Made by a program: the position numbers and the translations under genes. DNA of 64,000 nucleotides from Felis catus (lineage: Eukaryota). The notes beneath the pieces are model-generated. The model made no database searches and was not told where the DNA came from. It saw only the letters and a list, made by a program, of their open reading frames with translations. The DNA lies in assembly GCF_018350175.1 (NCBI RefSeq), contig NC_058368.1, positions 204,354,001-204,418,000 of the forward strand, in the 5' to 3' direction. Positions 37,169-48,904 of the stretch are shown piece after piece; position 1 is the first letter of the stretch, and each line of letters begins with the position of its first letter.

Positions 37169-37903
37169 CGTCCACCCCAGGCTCACATCTCCGTCTCGGC
37201 CAAGGGCACCAATCGACGGCAGGCTTGGGGAGCAGTGCCAAGGGCCCGGGGGATGGGAGATGGGAGTTAGGGCCTGCCAGAGCCCCGTGTCTGTGACAGC
37301 TGGCCTGCAGATCCAGGTAGACTCCTTGATGAGCAGACCCCTTCTTGGTCTGAGGGGGGCAGAGGCACACGGGCCAGCAGAGTCTGCCCAGCCAGGCCAG
37401 GAGCCACCCACCTCACTCAAGACATTTCCCACCTTCCCTCACGTGGCACTTCCCAGCTCTCACTGTATAGGCCCGCACATCCAGTTACCATAACCACTCT
37501 CCTGCTCAGGCTCCAGGAACTTTCTGGCCCACCATGTGGTCTGATGCTCTGTGGAAGGTGGCTGCGTCCCAAGACAAAGCCTCCAGTTTGCTATTTCCTT
37601 TGGTGGCCGGAGAATCTTTCATTGTTGTGTGTAAGAGCCCCGTGGAGGCCCCCGGGTCCCTGCTGCTGGCGTTCCCTTCTGACCTCCTTCATTTTGCACT
37701 TCTCCTGCTGGCCAGCCTCAGGGTCCCCGAGACCCAGTGATCCGGACCCTAGGAGAGTGGAAACTTGCAAATCAGCCTTCTGGTCACACGGGCTGCCAGA
37801 GAAGGATTAAATCCCTGCAATGTCACTTTAGCCGGCCTTTATTTAGATGAGGCTTCCTCTAAGCCGTGAGCTGTCTCAAAAGTTTGGCAGGTGCTGATTC
37901 ACC
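37169..37903 (-). other. NIM1K: NIM1K 5'UTR part of the first coding exon (about 735 nt)
   Basis: On -: branch-like ctaat, then tttcttattctctgttcttAG acceptor at 37905-37904; GC-richer sequence runs from there to the ATG. Confidence 0.7.
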
Positions 37904-38726
37904 CTAAGAACAGAGAATAAGAAAATTTATTAGCCTATGCCAATGTACTGTACAGGATTTATAATGAATGTGAAACTGCCTTGTAAGCATTGATCTAAAA
38001 AGAAAAAAAAAGCACTGTACAAATTTCAGTTATGACTGTCAGTAGTAAATGCTTGATTATAGATGATTTAGTAAGAAGAAAATGTATACACACACTCCTC
38101 AATCTACACTTTAGAAAAGCGCTCACAGCCTGTAAATAGTTTTAGCAAAACTATTTTTCTGTTTCTTGATGTTTAGGAAATATGCATGTTGCCTTAAATT
38201 GCTTTAAAGCCAGACTTTTAAAATAATGATATGGCATTAATGATGATAAAGGTTTCCTATTAATATCAGTTTTCAAAAATTCTTACATTGATTCAAAGAA
38301 CAATGTTCTTTACAATTTTTCCTATATTGGTTGTTCCCCACTCTTTTTTTCTGTGCCGTTTGATGACAAAGGCTAATTTTTCTCCAAGCTTATTTTCTGG
38401 GTATTTCTAATCAGGTATTAGCCTCCAGGCCCAACAGCTCATTCTGAAGGTGCAGAAACAGAGGATAATGTTACTGGAGGGTAAAAGTCTATGGCATCCT
38501 CAGTGATAAGAAATACTGTCCAGTGTGAATATCTTCATGACTTTTTCTCCTGCATCTTCTAGTAAGAAATAATCACTTTCTGAATCCCTACTGTGCTTTG
38601 TGCTTTTTTTCCAAAATGTCTTATCGCCATGAAAGTGGGCACTGGGTTTAATTCATCTGTATTCCCTGCTCCCCTCCTCTCTCCCTCAGCATGGAGCACA
38701 ATGTCTTACATAAAGAAAGTCTTTCC

Positions 38727-40507
38727 CTATCAAAATAACACTAGCATTCTTCACAGAGCTAGAACAAATAATTCTAAAATTTGTATGGAACCAGAAAAGA
38801 CCCCGAATAGCCAAAGCAACCTTGAAAAAGTAAACCAAAGCAGGAGGCATCACAATCCCAGACTTCAAGCTATACTACAAAGCTGTAATCATCAAGACAG
38901 TATGCTACTGGCACAAGAACAGACACTCAGACCAATGGAACAGAATAAAGAACCCAGAAATGGACCCACAAACTCATCTTTGACAAAGCAGGAAAGAACA
39001 TCCAATGGAATAAAGACAGTCTCTTCAGCAACATTGTGCTGGGAAAACTGGACAGTGACATGCAAAAGAATGAACCTGGACCACTTTCTTTCACCACACA
39101 CAAAAATAAACTCAAAATGGATGAAAGACCTCAATGTAAGACAGGAAGCCATCAAAATCCTTGGGGAGAAAGCAGGCAAAAACCTCTTTGATCTTGGCCG
39201 CAGCAACTTCCTACTCAACATGTCTCCAGAGGCAAGGGAAACAAAAGCAAAAATGAACCACTGGGACCTCATCAAAATAAAAAGCTTCCACACAGCAAAG
39301 GAAACAATCAGCAAAACTAAAAGGCAACCGACAGAATGGGAGAAAATATTTGCAAATGACATATCAGATAAAGGGTTAGCATCCAAAGTCTATAAAGAAC
39401 TTATCAAACTCAACACCCAAAAGATAAATAATCCAGTGAACAAATGGGCAAAAGACATGAATAGACACTTCTCTAAAGAAGACAGCCAGATGGCCAACCG
39501 ATACATGAAAAAATGCTCAACATCACTCATCATCATTACACCTGTCAGAATGGCTAAGGTTAACAACTCAGGCAACAACAGATGTTGGCGAGGATGTGGA
39601 GAAAGAGGATCTCTTTTGCACTGCTGGTGGGAATGCAAACTGGTACAGCCACTCTGAAAAACAGTATGGAGGTTCCTAAAAAAACTAAAAATAGAACTAC
39701 CCTACGACCCAGCAATTGTACTACTAGGTATTTATCCAAGGGATACAGGTGTGCTGTTTTGAAGGGACACATGCACCCACATGTTTATAGCAGCACTATC
39801 AACAATAGCCAAAGTATGGAAGGAGCCCAAATGTCTATCGATGGATGTAATGGATAAAGAAAATGTGGTATAGGGGTGCCTGGGTGGCTCAGTCAGTTGA
39901 GTGTCCGACTGCGGCTCAGGTCATGATCTCGTGGTCTGTGAGTTGGAGCCCTGCATCGGGCTCCGTGCTGACAGCTCAGAGGCTGGAGCCTGCTTCAGAT
40001 TCTGTGTCTTCTTCTCTCTCTGCCCCTCCCTCACTCATGCTCTGTCTCTCTCTGTCTCAGAAATAAATAAGCATTAAAAAAATAAAAAAAAAAAGAAAAT
40101 GTGGTATATATATACAATGGAGTATTACTTGGCAATCAAAAAGAATGAAATCTTGCCATTTGCAACTACGTGGATGGAACCGGAGGATATTTATGCTGAG
40201 TGAAATTAGTCAGAGAAAGACAAATATTATATGACTTCACTCATATGAGGACTTTAAGAGACAAAACAGATACACTTAAGGGAAGGGAAACAAAAATAAT
40301 ATAAACAGGGAGGGGGACAAAACACAAGAGACTCATAAATATGGAGAACAAACTGAGGGTTATAGAGGGTTTGTGGGAGGGGGGATGGGCTAAATGGGTA
40401 GGGGGCATTAAGGAATCTACCCCTGAAATCATTGTTGCACTATATGCTAACTAATTTGGATGTAAATAAAAAAAAATTAGATTAAATTAAAAAAAAAACT
40501 AAAAAAA
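38727..40507 (+). mobile_element. 5'-truncated L1 (ORF2 C-terminal part + 3'UTR + A tail) with a nested Can-SINE at about 39873-40094
   Basis: ORF2-like peptides ([34 protein letters not shown]...CWRGCGE); TSD aaagtcttt(g)ccc; SINE TSD aagaaaatgtggtata. Confidence 0.92.
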
Positions 40508-40913
40508 CAAAGTCTTTGCCCAATGTGTGTTGAACATGATTTTTGAACTTGAGCATTCTGAACCAAAAGCCTGAGTGAACATAAGAGATTGTCTTGGGAA
40601 TGTGAATTTCCAATTCTGTTTGATAATATCACATTATTACAATTAAGTACAGAGTTGCTTACATTATTACTGTCGTTAAGTATTGGGTTGCCAAATAAGC
40701 TAAAGACAGGAAAAGAGTCAAGTGCCACCCAGCTCTGTTCCTCTTTTTGCACAGGGAGAGAGGAAGCTGGAAAAAGGATAAGGGATAGAGGTTTAAAAGG
40801 GGCCAGGTGTTAGGAACCACACACATCTCTAGATTAGGGTCTGATTACGATGTTTTTAAAATGTTAAGACAAGAGATCCTTAATTAGGTTTAAGAAAATC
40901 TAGCCACTGGTTC

Positions 40914-41114
40914 TTTTTTTTTTTTTTTTTCAGAGAGAGAGAGAATGAGAGCACAAGCAGGGGAGAGGGACAGAGGGTGAAAGAGAGAGAATCCAAAACA
41001 GATTCCACACTCAGCATGGAACCCAACATAGTGCTCAATCCCATGACCCTGAAATCACGACCTGAGTTGAAATCACCAGCCAGACACTTAACCGACTGAG
41101 CCACCCAGGTGCCT
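40914..41114 (-). mobile_element. Can-SINE
   Basis: TSD tag(c/t)cactggttctt. Confidence 0.88.
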
Positions 41115-42394
41115 CTAGTCACTGGTTCTTAAGCTTTCTGGGATCACACTCTCCTTTGAGATTCTCATGGAATCTATGGTCCTATCCCCAGAAATAAACA
41201 GCACACACGTATAATTTGCATCCAATTTTAAGGGGTTAACAGACCCCCTGAAATCCATACTCAGACTAAGAATCTCAATGCAGATGGAGTGGCACTAGAT
41301 CTCCCCCGATCCCTGGCAGAAAGTTACCACACAGATGACAAGTGGAGTAACATGAATTATAATTCTGAAATTATAACTCTAGCTTTACCTACATAAAGAG
41401 AGTAGGGATTTTAGACAGGAAGCAGTGCTTGATCACCTCCTGTTCCAGCGAACTCTATGAAGAACTTGGCTTGGTGTCCTTCCTGGGCCTTTCGTGCAAC
41501 TCCAGAGCACCTCACCGCTCTGCAGTCTCTGCTGCTGACCTCCTCGTACCCCAACTAGATAGGCACCTGGAGGGAAAGGACCTGCACCTTATTCTATTTC
41601 CCAGAGCTCAGCGCATTGCCTGGCACGTATCTGATAAATGTAGACGAAGAGGGAATGCATTAATTTACCAATTTATCAACCATTACATTTGGATATGATT
41701 TAGTAGAGGTAAAGATTTTTATTTATAAACTAATAACGCTATCCCAAGATTTACTCGAATTATTCAGAAAGCTTATTTCAGTCCATACTTCCGAGGCCAG
41801 AGCTAACCTCTCCCAGCTGTTAGGATTCTGGGCCCAACCTAGTGTAGGTGAGAGTTTGATGGGAATTCCGACATCCCACGGAGAATTACCATAGGGCTGC
41901 TTAGAAATGCAAAATCTTCCTCCTCCTTGCCCCTTCCAAAGGATCAGCTCTCCCCAGGCACCCACGCCACCCAGGCCTCCTGGAACCTACTCTCTGACTC
42001 CCCAAGCTCCGCCATCTCTGCTGGTTCTCCCGTCTCCTGATTTGGGCTCCGTATCTTGAACCCCATTCAGGCCTGGGATTTACAATTGGCTTTTGGGCTT
42101 GCTACCCTGATTAGTTTCAGGTGCCCCCAGGAATTGCTCCTCTTTCTCTTCCTAATTCGACAAAAGAAGGTCAGACTCAGTTGTCAGGTGTCAGGCGTTA
42201 TCTTGCATAACACACACTCTACCTGCAAATTAAATTTCTTGCGCAATGACCTTAAGACCAATTGTCTTTCCACAATGGTGAGGGAGACAGTCTTCTGTTT
42301 ATATCAGATAAAGAAATTTTGCAATTTTAAAAATGTTGCCATGGGTTTGTATTGAGGATGAATTGCAACCTGTTGAAACAAGTTGCAAGCTGAC

Positions 42395-43230
42395 TGGAAA
42401 AAACTGAACCCCTAACTCATCCTACTCCAAAATAAATTCCAAACAGACCACCTGCGTAAATGTAAAAAAATGAAACCATAAAAGACCAGAAAAAAAATTT
42501 TTTTATGATCTCAGAGATGGTCAGAAAAGAAAACATTAAATTTGACTACATCCGATGCTTACTTCCTGTTTGCCAAAAGGTAACATAAACCAATAAGGCA
42601 AATTAAATGATAAACTGGGAGGAAAAGCTTTCCAGCCAGTATGACAAAGGAAGAAATTTTACAAATTGGTCAGAAAAATGCCGATATCCCCAAAGAAAAT
42701 GATAAAGAACATGAGCAGACACTGCATAGAAAATACAAATGGCTCTACAATACAGAAGATGCTCAACCTCACTTACAACCGAGAAATACACATGAAACTA
42801 CACGGAAATTAGATTTTTTTACAAAGAAATTTGGAAACTACAAAAACATTTCTGGTAATGTCCCGGCAAGATAGGGTTTGGGGACACAGGGACTCTCATC
42901 CATTACATTCATTACTACTGTGAGTCCACGTGCCTGGAGGGCGACTGGGCTCTAGCTCTGAAAGCACACGTGCACATACCCTTCACTTCGGGGAGTCCCC
43001 TTCTGGAGTTTATCTTATGCACGCTGCACAAAAATATGCCTATTTCTAATATGAGGATTGAGAGACTGATACTCACTACCGGGTTGTTTGGCGGCAAAAG
43101 CTGGAAATTGTTTACGTGGCCCTCAATAGGGAACAGGTTAAATCAATGATAATACGTATATAATGGATTGCTATGCACTTGCGAAAAAGAATGTGTTGCA
43201 ATCTGCAAAATGTCCTGTTAAGAAGACAGA
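42395..43230 (+). mobile_element. Old, degraded L1 fragment
   Basis: Decayed ORF2 3'-end motifs (aaaataaattcc...atgtaaaa; gatgctcaacctcact). Confidence 0.55.
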
Positions 43231-43265
43231 AAAGTGTATGTAAATGGGATAGCAAGAATGTAAGA

Positions 43266-43495
43266 GGGGCGCCTGGGTGGCTGAGGCGGTTAGGCGTCTG
43301 GCTTTGGCTCAGGCCATGATCTCACAGCTCGTGGGTTCAAGTCTCACGTCGGGCTCTGTGCTGACCGCTCGGAGCCCGGAGCCTGCTTCAGGTTCTGTGT
43401 CTTCCCCTCTGTCTCTACCCCTCACCTGGTCGTGCTCTGTCTCTCCCTGTCTCTCAAAAATAAATAAACATTAAACAAATTAAAAAAAAATAAAA
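43266..43495 (+). mobile_element. Can-SINE
   Basis: TSD aagaatgtaaga. Confidence 0.9.
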
Positions 43496-43615
43496 AGAAT
43501 GTAAGAGAGAGGAGACAATATCTAAGGAACTGGCAGGAAGTTCTGCCTCTGGGGAAAAGAACTGGATGGACAGCTGGAGGGAGAGAAAGGTGTACTTTTT
43601 ACTATTTACTCTTTT

Positions 43616-44041
43616 TTTAAAAAAAAAAATTTTTTAACGTTTATTTATTTTTGAGACAGAGAGAGACACAGCATGAACGGGGGAGGGTCAGAGAGAGAGG
43701 GAGACACAGAATCGGAAGCAGGCTCCAGGCTCTGAGCCGTCAGCCCAGAGCCTGACGCGGGGCTCGAACTCACAGACCGCGAGATCGTGACCTGGCTGAA
43801 GTCGGAAGCTTAACCGACTGCGCCACCCAGGCGCCCCTATTTATTTATTTTTGAGAGAGAGAGAGACAGAGAGACAGAGAGATAGCAAGGGAGAGGCAGA
43901 GAAAGAGAGAGAGACAGAGAATTCTAAGCAGACTCCACAGCTGTCACACAGAGCCCGACACGGGGCTCGAACTTGCGGACCACGAGATCGTGACCTGAGC
44001 TGAAGTCGGACGCTCAACCGACTGAGCCACCCAGGCGCCCC
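43616..44041 (-). mobile_element. Two tandem/nested Can-SINEs
   Basis: Outer TSD actatttactctttt at 43601 and 44042. Confidence 0.88.
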
Positions 44042-45453
44042 ACTATTTACTCTTTTATATGATTTACATTTTTTCCCTGTGCTTGTATTTACACTTAAAA
44101 AAGGAAACAGTTTAAAAAATGTGATGTGTTGCCATCTTACGCAATAGGTTTGCTCTCTTTTGGTTATGCAGGGAAATCATTATACCTAATTCTCTTAATA
44201 TCTAATGGATTGCTTTTAAAATCAAAACATAATTAGGAATTCTGGTTAAATACCAGAAATTTTACCCTTCCATGTATTTCTATTTCCTTCCAAACACCCA
44301 CAATAGGAATAGGAGGGAAAAGGGTATAAACTCACAAGGACGAAGAGAGTAAGAGAGAGGAGAGCAGCCAATGTGAGATGTCAACGTGTTTTTGCGGGGT
44401 CGGAAAGCAAACTGAGGAGCCGGGAGTGATTTGGCAAAGACAGTGACAAAACCCGCAACCTCCATCTCGTTGGCATGCCACTGAGATTTGAGAGTCACCT
44501 TTCTGAATGCTCAGAAGATTTCAGACCAGGATAGACCGAGCGCCTCCACGTTTGGGGGCATGAAGCAGACAAAAACATGATGGGGATTGTTTGAAATGTG
44601 GTGCAATTAGAGCCCCAGCCCTTTCCCTTTTCAAAGCCAGATTGTTACTTTCTCCTCCTACCCCCAGCCCAGCTCAGGAATGCAAGGCCCAGGCAGGACA
44701 GAGGGTTCAGTCAGACTCTGCTTTGTGGGATACACCGGCCCCTTCTTCTCTCTGCACCCCTGCACTCTGAGCTCCCAGAATGGAGGGAAACAAGCATATA
44801 ATCTTCCAGGCAGGGGATTCCTCTCACCCACCCCCCCCCCCCCGCCTTGTTGTTTGTTGATTAAGTAAACTCTACCCCCATCGTGGGGCTCAAATTGACA
44901 ACTCTGAGATCAAGAGTCACTGTACTACTGACTGATCCAGCCAGGTGCCCTGGATTCCTCTTTTGGATAAACCAAACAGCTCAAGAGAAAAGACCTCCTG
45001 AAACCAATATACGCAAATTCTTCAACACAAAAGCCGCCTGACCACCTGCCATGCAGTCCCCCAGATGCCAGGTTCCCTGGCAGGCAGGGAGCTTCCAGTC
45101 AGATTTTAGGGCCTTCTGCTTACAGTGCATGTCCAGCCAAGAAGGACCAGGCACCTGAAGAAAGGCTCCGAAATGAAAGAAAGAAACCATGCCCAACTAA
45201 AATGACAACAACCAAAAGGAGCCGGAAGGGAACAGCAATGCAGGAAGGAGGAGAGCAAAGATAAGACATTGCATCCCTAAAACCAGGACGAAATGCTAAA
45301 ACAGACAAACACAAGCCCTCAGAGAACAAGAAAACTCTTTTGGAAAGGGAAATTAAATATTTCAATTGAATATTTGTAAAAAAAAAAAATCTAGAAGAGA
45401 TGAACAATAGAGAAAAAAGAAAATTTGGCAATCCATTTAGAAAGTCCAACATC

Positions 45454-45672
45454 TGGGGCGCCTGGGTGGCTCAGTCGGTTGAGTGACCGACTTCGGCTCA
45501 GGTCATGATCTCACAGCTCGTGATTTCAAGCCCCACGTCGGGCTCTGTGCTGACAGCTCAGAGCCTGGAGCCTGCTTCGGATTCTGTGTCTCCCTCTCTC
45601 TCTGCCCCTAACCCACTCGCATCCTGTCTCTGTCTCTCTCAAAAATAAATAAGTATTAAAAAAATTTTTTTA
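45454..45672 (+). mobile_element. Can-SINE
   Basis: TSD agaaagtccaacatct. Confidence 0.92.
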
Positions 45673-46604
45673 AGAAAGTCCAACATCTAATTATTAGAGT
45701 TCCCAGAGTCACACTATCGTGTCCCCAGTAAAGTAAGACATATGACTCCTATTGTACTCGAATTGCCAACAAATTTCAAAAATAGTAATGAATGAGGGAA
45801 AGCTCCAGACTCCCAGATATTCCAATACAATAAAAAAGTAGAAGAAAAAATCTAACGGAAACATAAATCCCACTTGGATATGTGTATAATGAATACTCGT
45901 TTTTATTTTGCAGAATGTTTTTTTTTTCCCCCTAAAGACTTTTCTTGGATGTTTGGAAGTAGAAATCCTGACTGCAGGTCGTGGGCTTGCTACAAATAGC
46001 TTACATTTACATTACTTTCTAGTAGTGGCCCAAAATGTCAAGTTACACCATGCCAAAAATATGCAAATGATGGAAATGATGACATATCTAGTTGTGGATG
46101 AAATCTTCCTTTTCTCAGATGCATTTGCTAAGGGTTTTCCCTTTTGCCCATTTGATTTCGACCAATGTTTATGAAAGCTTAGAAACCCAATCAGCCAAAA
46201 ACATGAAGTCACATCACTGTAGCTCAAAGCTTCCGGAGGAGGCAGATCGGTCCTTAATTATTAGCTTACTGCTGTTGCATAGCAATGCATTAAGATTAAA
46301 GAAAACTGAACTTACTTAGTAATTCACGCTCTTGACTTGCAACCCACTGCGAAGAGTAAATCAAAGAAAACCATCTGGCCTTTGTTCTCTTTGTCTGAGT
46401 TTAAATTACAAAACTAGGCAAGGCTTTCTGAGGACCTTTCCCCTGGCTGGCAAGGGCAGGCACTGGTTTGCTTAGAAGTAAAGCTGGGCTTTCTGTGCGG
46501 CAACTGGCTGCACTGATAGCCGAATCCCACGTAACCCTTCTCAGGCATGGTGCATTTCTGGGAGAACCTTTAGCAAATAGTTTGCTTCACTTATTAGTGT
46601 TATT

Positions 46605-46796
46605 CTTAATGTTTATTTATTTTTGGTAGAGCACGAGCAGTGAGGGGCAGGAGAGAGGGAGGTACAGACTCTGAAGCAGGCTCCAGGCTCTGAGCTGTCA
46701 GCACAGAGCCAGATGTGTGGCTCAAACCCAGGAACCGTGAGACCATGAACTGAGCCGAAGTCAGAGGCTCAACTGACTGAGCCACTCAGGCGCCCC
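46605..46796 (-). mobile_element. Can-SINE
   Basis: Reverse-complement body ending caggcgcccc. Confidence 0.85.
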
Positions 46797-47411
46797 AAAT
46801 AGGCTTCATTTAAAAAATATATTTTACAACTTAAAAATCATTTGCACTGTCTTAGCTTTTGCTCTTAGCTCTTTATTTCTCAACACACATGTCAAGATCT
46901 CCATGGGGAGCAGTTGGGAAATTTTGAAGCAAATGGAAAATCAGTATGAACTGGGTGTGCCCTACTGATGAATAGCAGAGCTGTTCTTAATACTACCCCT
47001 TGCCCTGCTTGACATCCCAGGCTACTTTGCCAGCCACTCAGCCCAGGTCTCCTCCATTCCACGGACACCCACCGTCCATGGCCAATCCACCCAGTCTGAC
47101 GAGCTTATGACATCAGCTCTTCTCCCACAGAATTCTACCACACGTGAGGTTCCCTCAGCCATCAAGGTCAACCTCAGCCACCAAGGTCACAGACTCAAAC
47201 ACCTAGAGGGCCATGCAGGTGTTCTATGGGGCTTAGCGCAAGGCCCATGCCTTCCACAGTGCCCATCTCGGCGTGACAAGGAAGTCCATACTCAGTTTAA
47301 GCCAGAGAGGCCATGCTAGAATGCAGGCTTACTTTTGCTTGGTCTTTTGTTAAAAGCAGCTGGACATCAAGAAATCCTTGGTGAACTCTCTCAATTTTTA
47401 AATGGTAGATT

Positions 47412-47420
47412 AAGTGTGTG

Positions 47421-47451
<31 letters not shown>
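47412..47451. repeat. (TG)n microsatellite
   Basis: Directly visible. Confidence 0.9.
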
Positions 47452-47452
<1 letters not shown>

Positions 47453-47659
47453 GATTAAATATTTTTAGAATACTGTGTGGCCAAGTGAAACTGAACCATC
47501 AGGCCAGATTTGGCATTCAGGTTGCCAATTTGCAGTCTGCTCTAGGTTTTCTAGGGACATCACCAGAAGAAAAGGGGAGGGTCATCCAGAGGTCCACAGT
47601 CAAGGTCACCTGGGAGTGGCACAGATATCTGCATTAGTACCTTACAGTCTTGTAATATT

Positions 47660-47661
<2 letters not shown>

Positions 47662-47698
<37 letters not shown>
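47662..47698. repeat. (CA)n microsatellite
   Basis: Directly visible. Confidence 0.95.
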
Positions 47699-47701
<3 letters not shown>

Positions 47702-48412
47702 AGTCTTTTATTTATTTGTTTGTTTAATGCAATGTCCTTGAAGTTTATTTAGCCATGTAATTTGTTCTCCCAGAATATCTTTTTGTCATGGGCATTTTTC
47801 TTATAACTCTGACCTCAGAGTTAGACAAAGCTATAAAATGCTCAACTGTCGGTTAAAATATCTGTAGGAATTTGGGTCCCAAGAAGATTAGTAAAACTAT
47901 TCAGTATGGAACAAAACAGAAAACAAATTTGTTGAGTTTAATCCACATAGCAGACTGGCTTGGGAAATGCTTGTCTCTGTGACATCTAGAATGACATAGT
48001 AGTTCCTCAGTGATCGAGTATCTTTTAACTCTGGGAAGATTTATCATTAAAAACAGAAATGTTTAAGAGACTCAATCCCATAGTATTAGTACTTTCGTTT
48101 TGATGATGTATAAAACTGGTATTTTATGTACTTGTGAAGAAAATTTAGCAGAATAAAGTAAAAAAAGTTTTGTGATGCTAATTTTCAATGAAGAATTGAA
48201 TAATTGGTTTAGATTTGTGGTTTTGAGTTGTTTATAAATAGCATTGGACTGTATTTAAGAAAACATAAGGTTTACCCTGTTTAGATGTTTAAGTCATCTA
48301 TACTAAAAAAATTATTAGTATTTTGGAAGTTTTTTGTTAATCATATAAAATGCTTTATTTAAAAGGAAATGAAATAAATTATAAATGCAGTTTAAAATGT
48401 TTAAAAGGTTTA

Positions 48413-48856
48413 GGGGCGCCTGGGTGGCTCAGTCGGTTGAGCGACCGACTTCGGCTCAGGTCATGATCTCACAGCTTGTGAGTTCAAGCCCCACAATCAG
48501 GCTCTGTGCTGACAGCTCAGAGCCTGGAGCCTGCTTCGGATTCTGTGTCTCCCTCTCTCTCTGCCCCAACCCACTCGCATTCTGTCTCTGTCTCTCTCAA
48601 AAATAAAGAAACATTAAAAAAATTTGTTTAAAAAAAGGTTTAGGGGCGCCTGGGTGGCGCAGTCGGTTAAGCGTCCGACTTCAGCCAGGTCACAATCTCG
48701 CGGTCCGTGAGTTCGAGCCCCGCGTCGGGCTCTGGGCTGATGGCTCAGAGCCTGGAGCCTGTTTCCGATTCTGTATCTCCCTCTCTCTCTGCCCCTCCCC
48801 CGTTCATGCTCTGTCTCTCTCTGTCCCAAAAATAAATAAACGTTGAAAAAAAAAAA
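48413..48856 (+). mobile_element. Two head-to-tail Can-SINEs (about 48413-48635 and 48643-48856)
   Basis: Both preceded by aaaaggttta; second copy is the young CpG-rich type. Confidence 0.9.
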
Positions 48857-48904
48857 GTTTAAAGTTTTAAGTGGGCTCAAACATAAATCTTTAAAAATAA
48901 TTGT

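Noticed and set aside
38593..39657. 354-aa ORF
   Set aside because: It is a chance fusion of flank sequence with a frameshifted, 5'-truncated L1 ORF2 fragment, not a gene
47412..47698. (TG)n and (CA)n tracts about 210 bp apart forming an inverted pair
   Set aside because: No unique-sequence arms; most likely independent microsatellites
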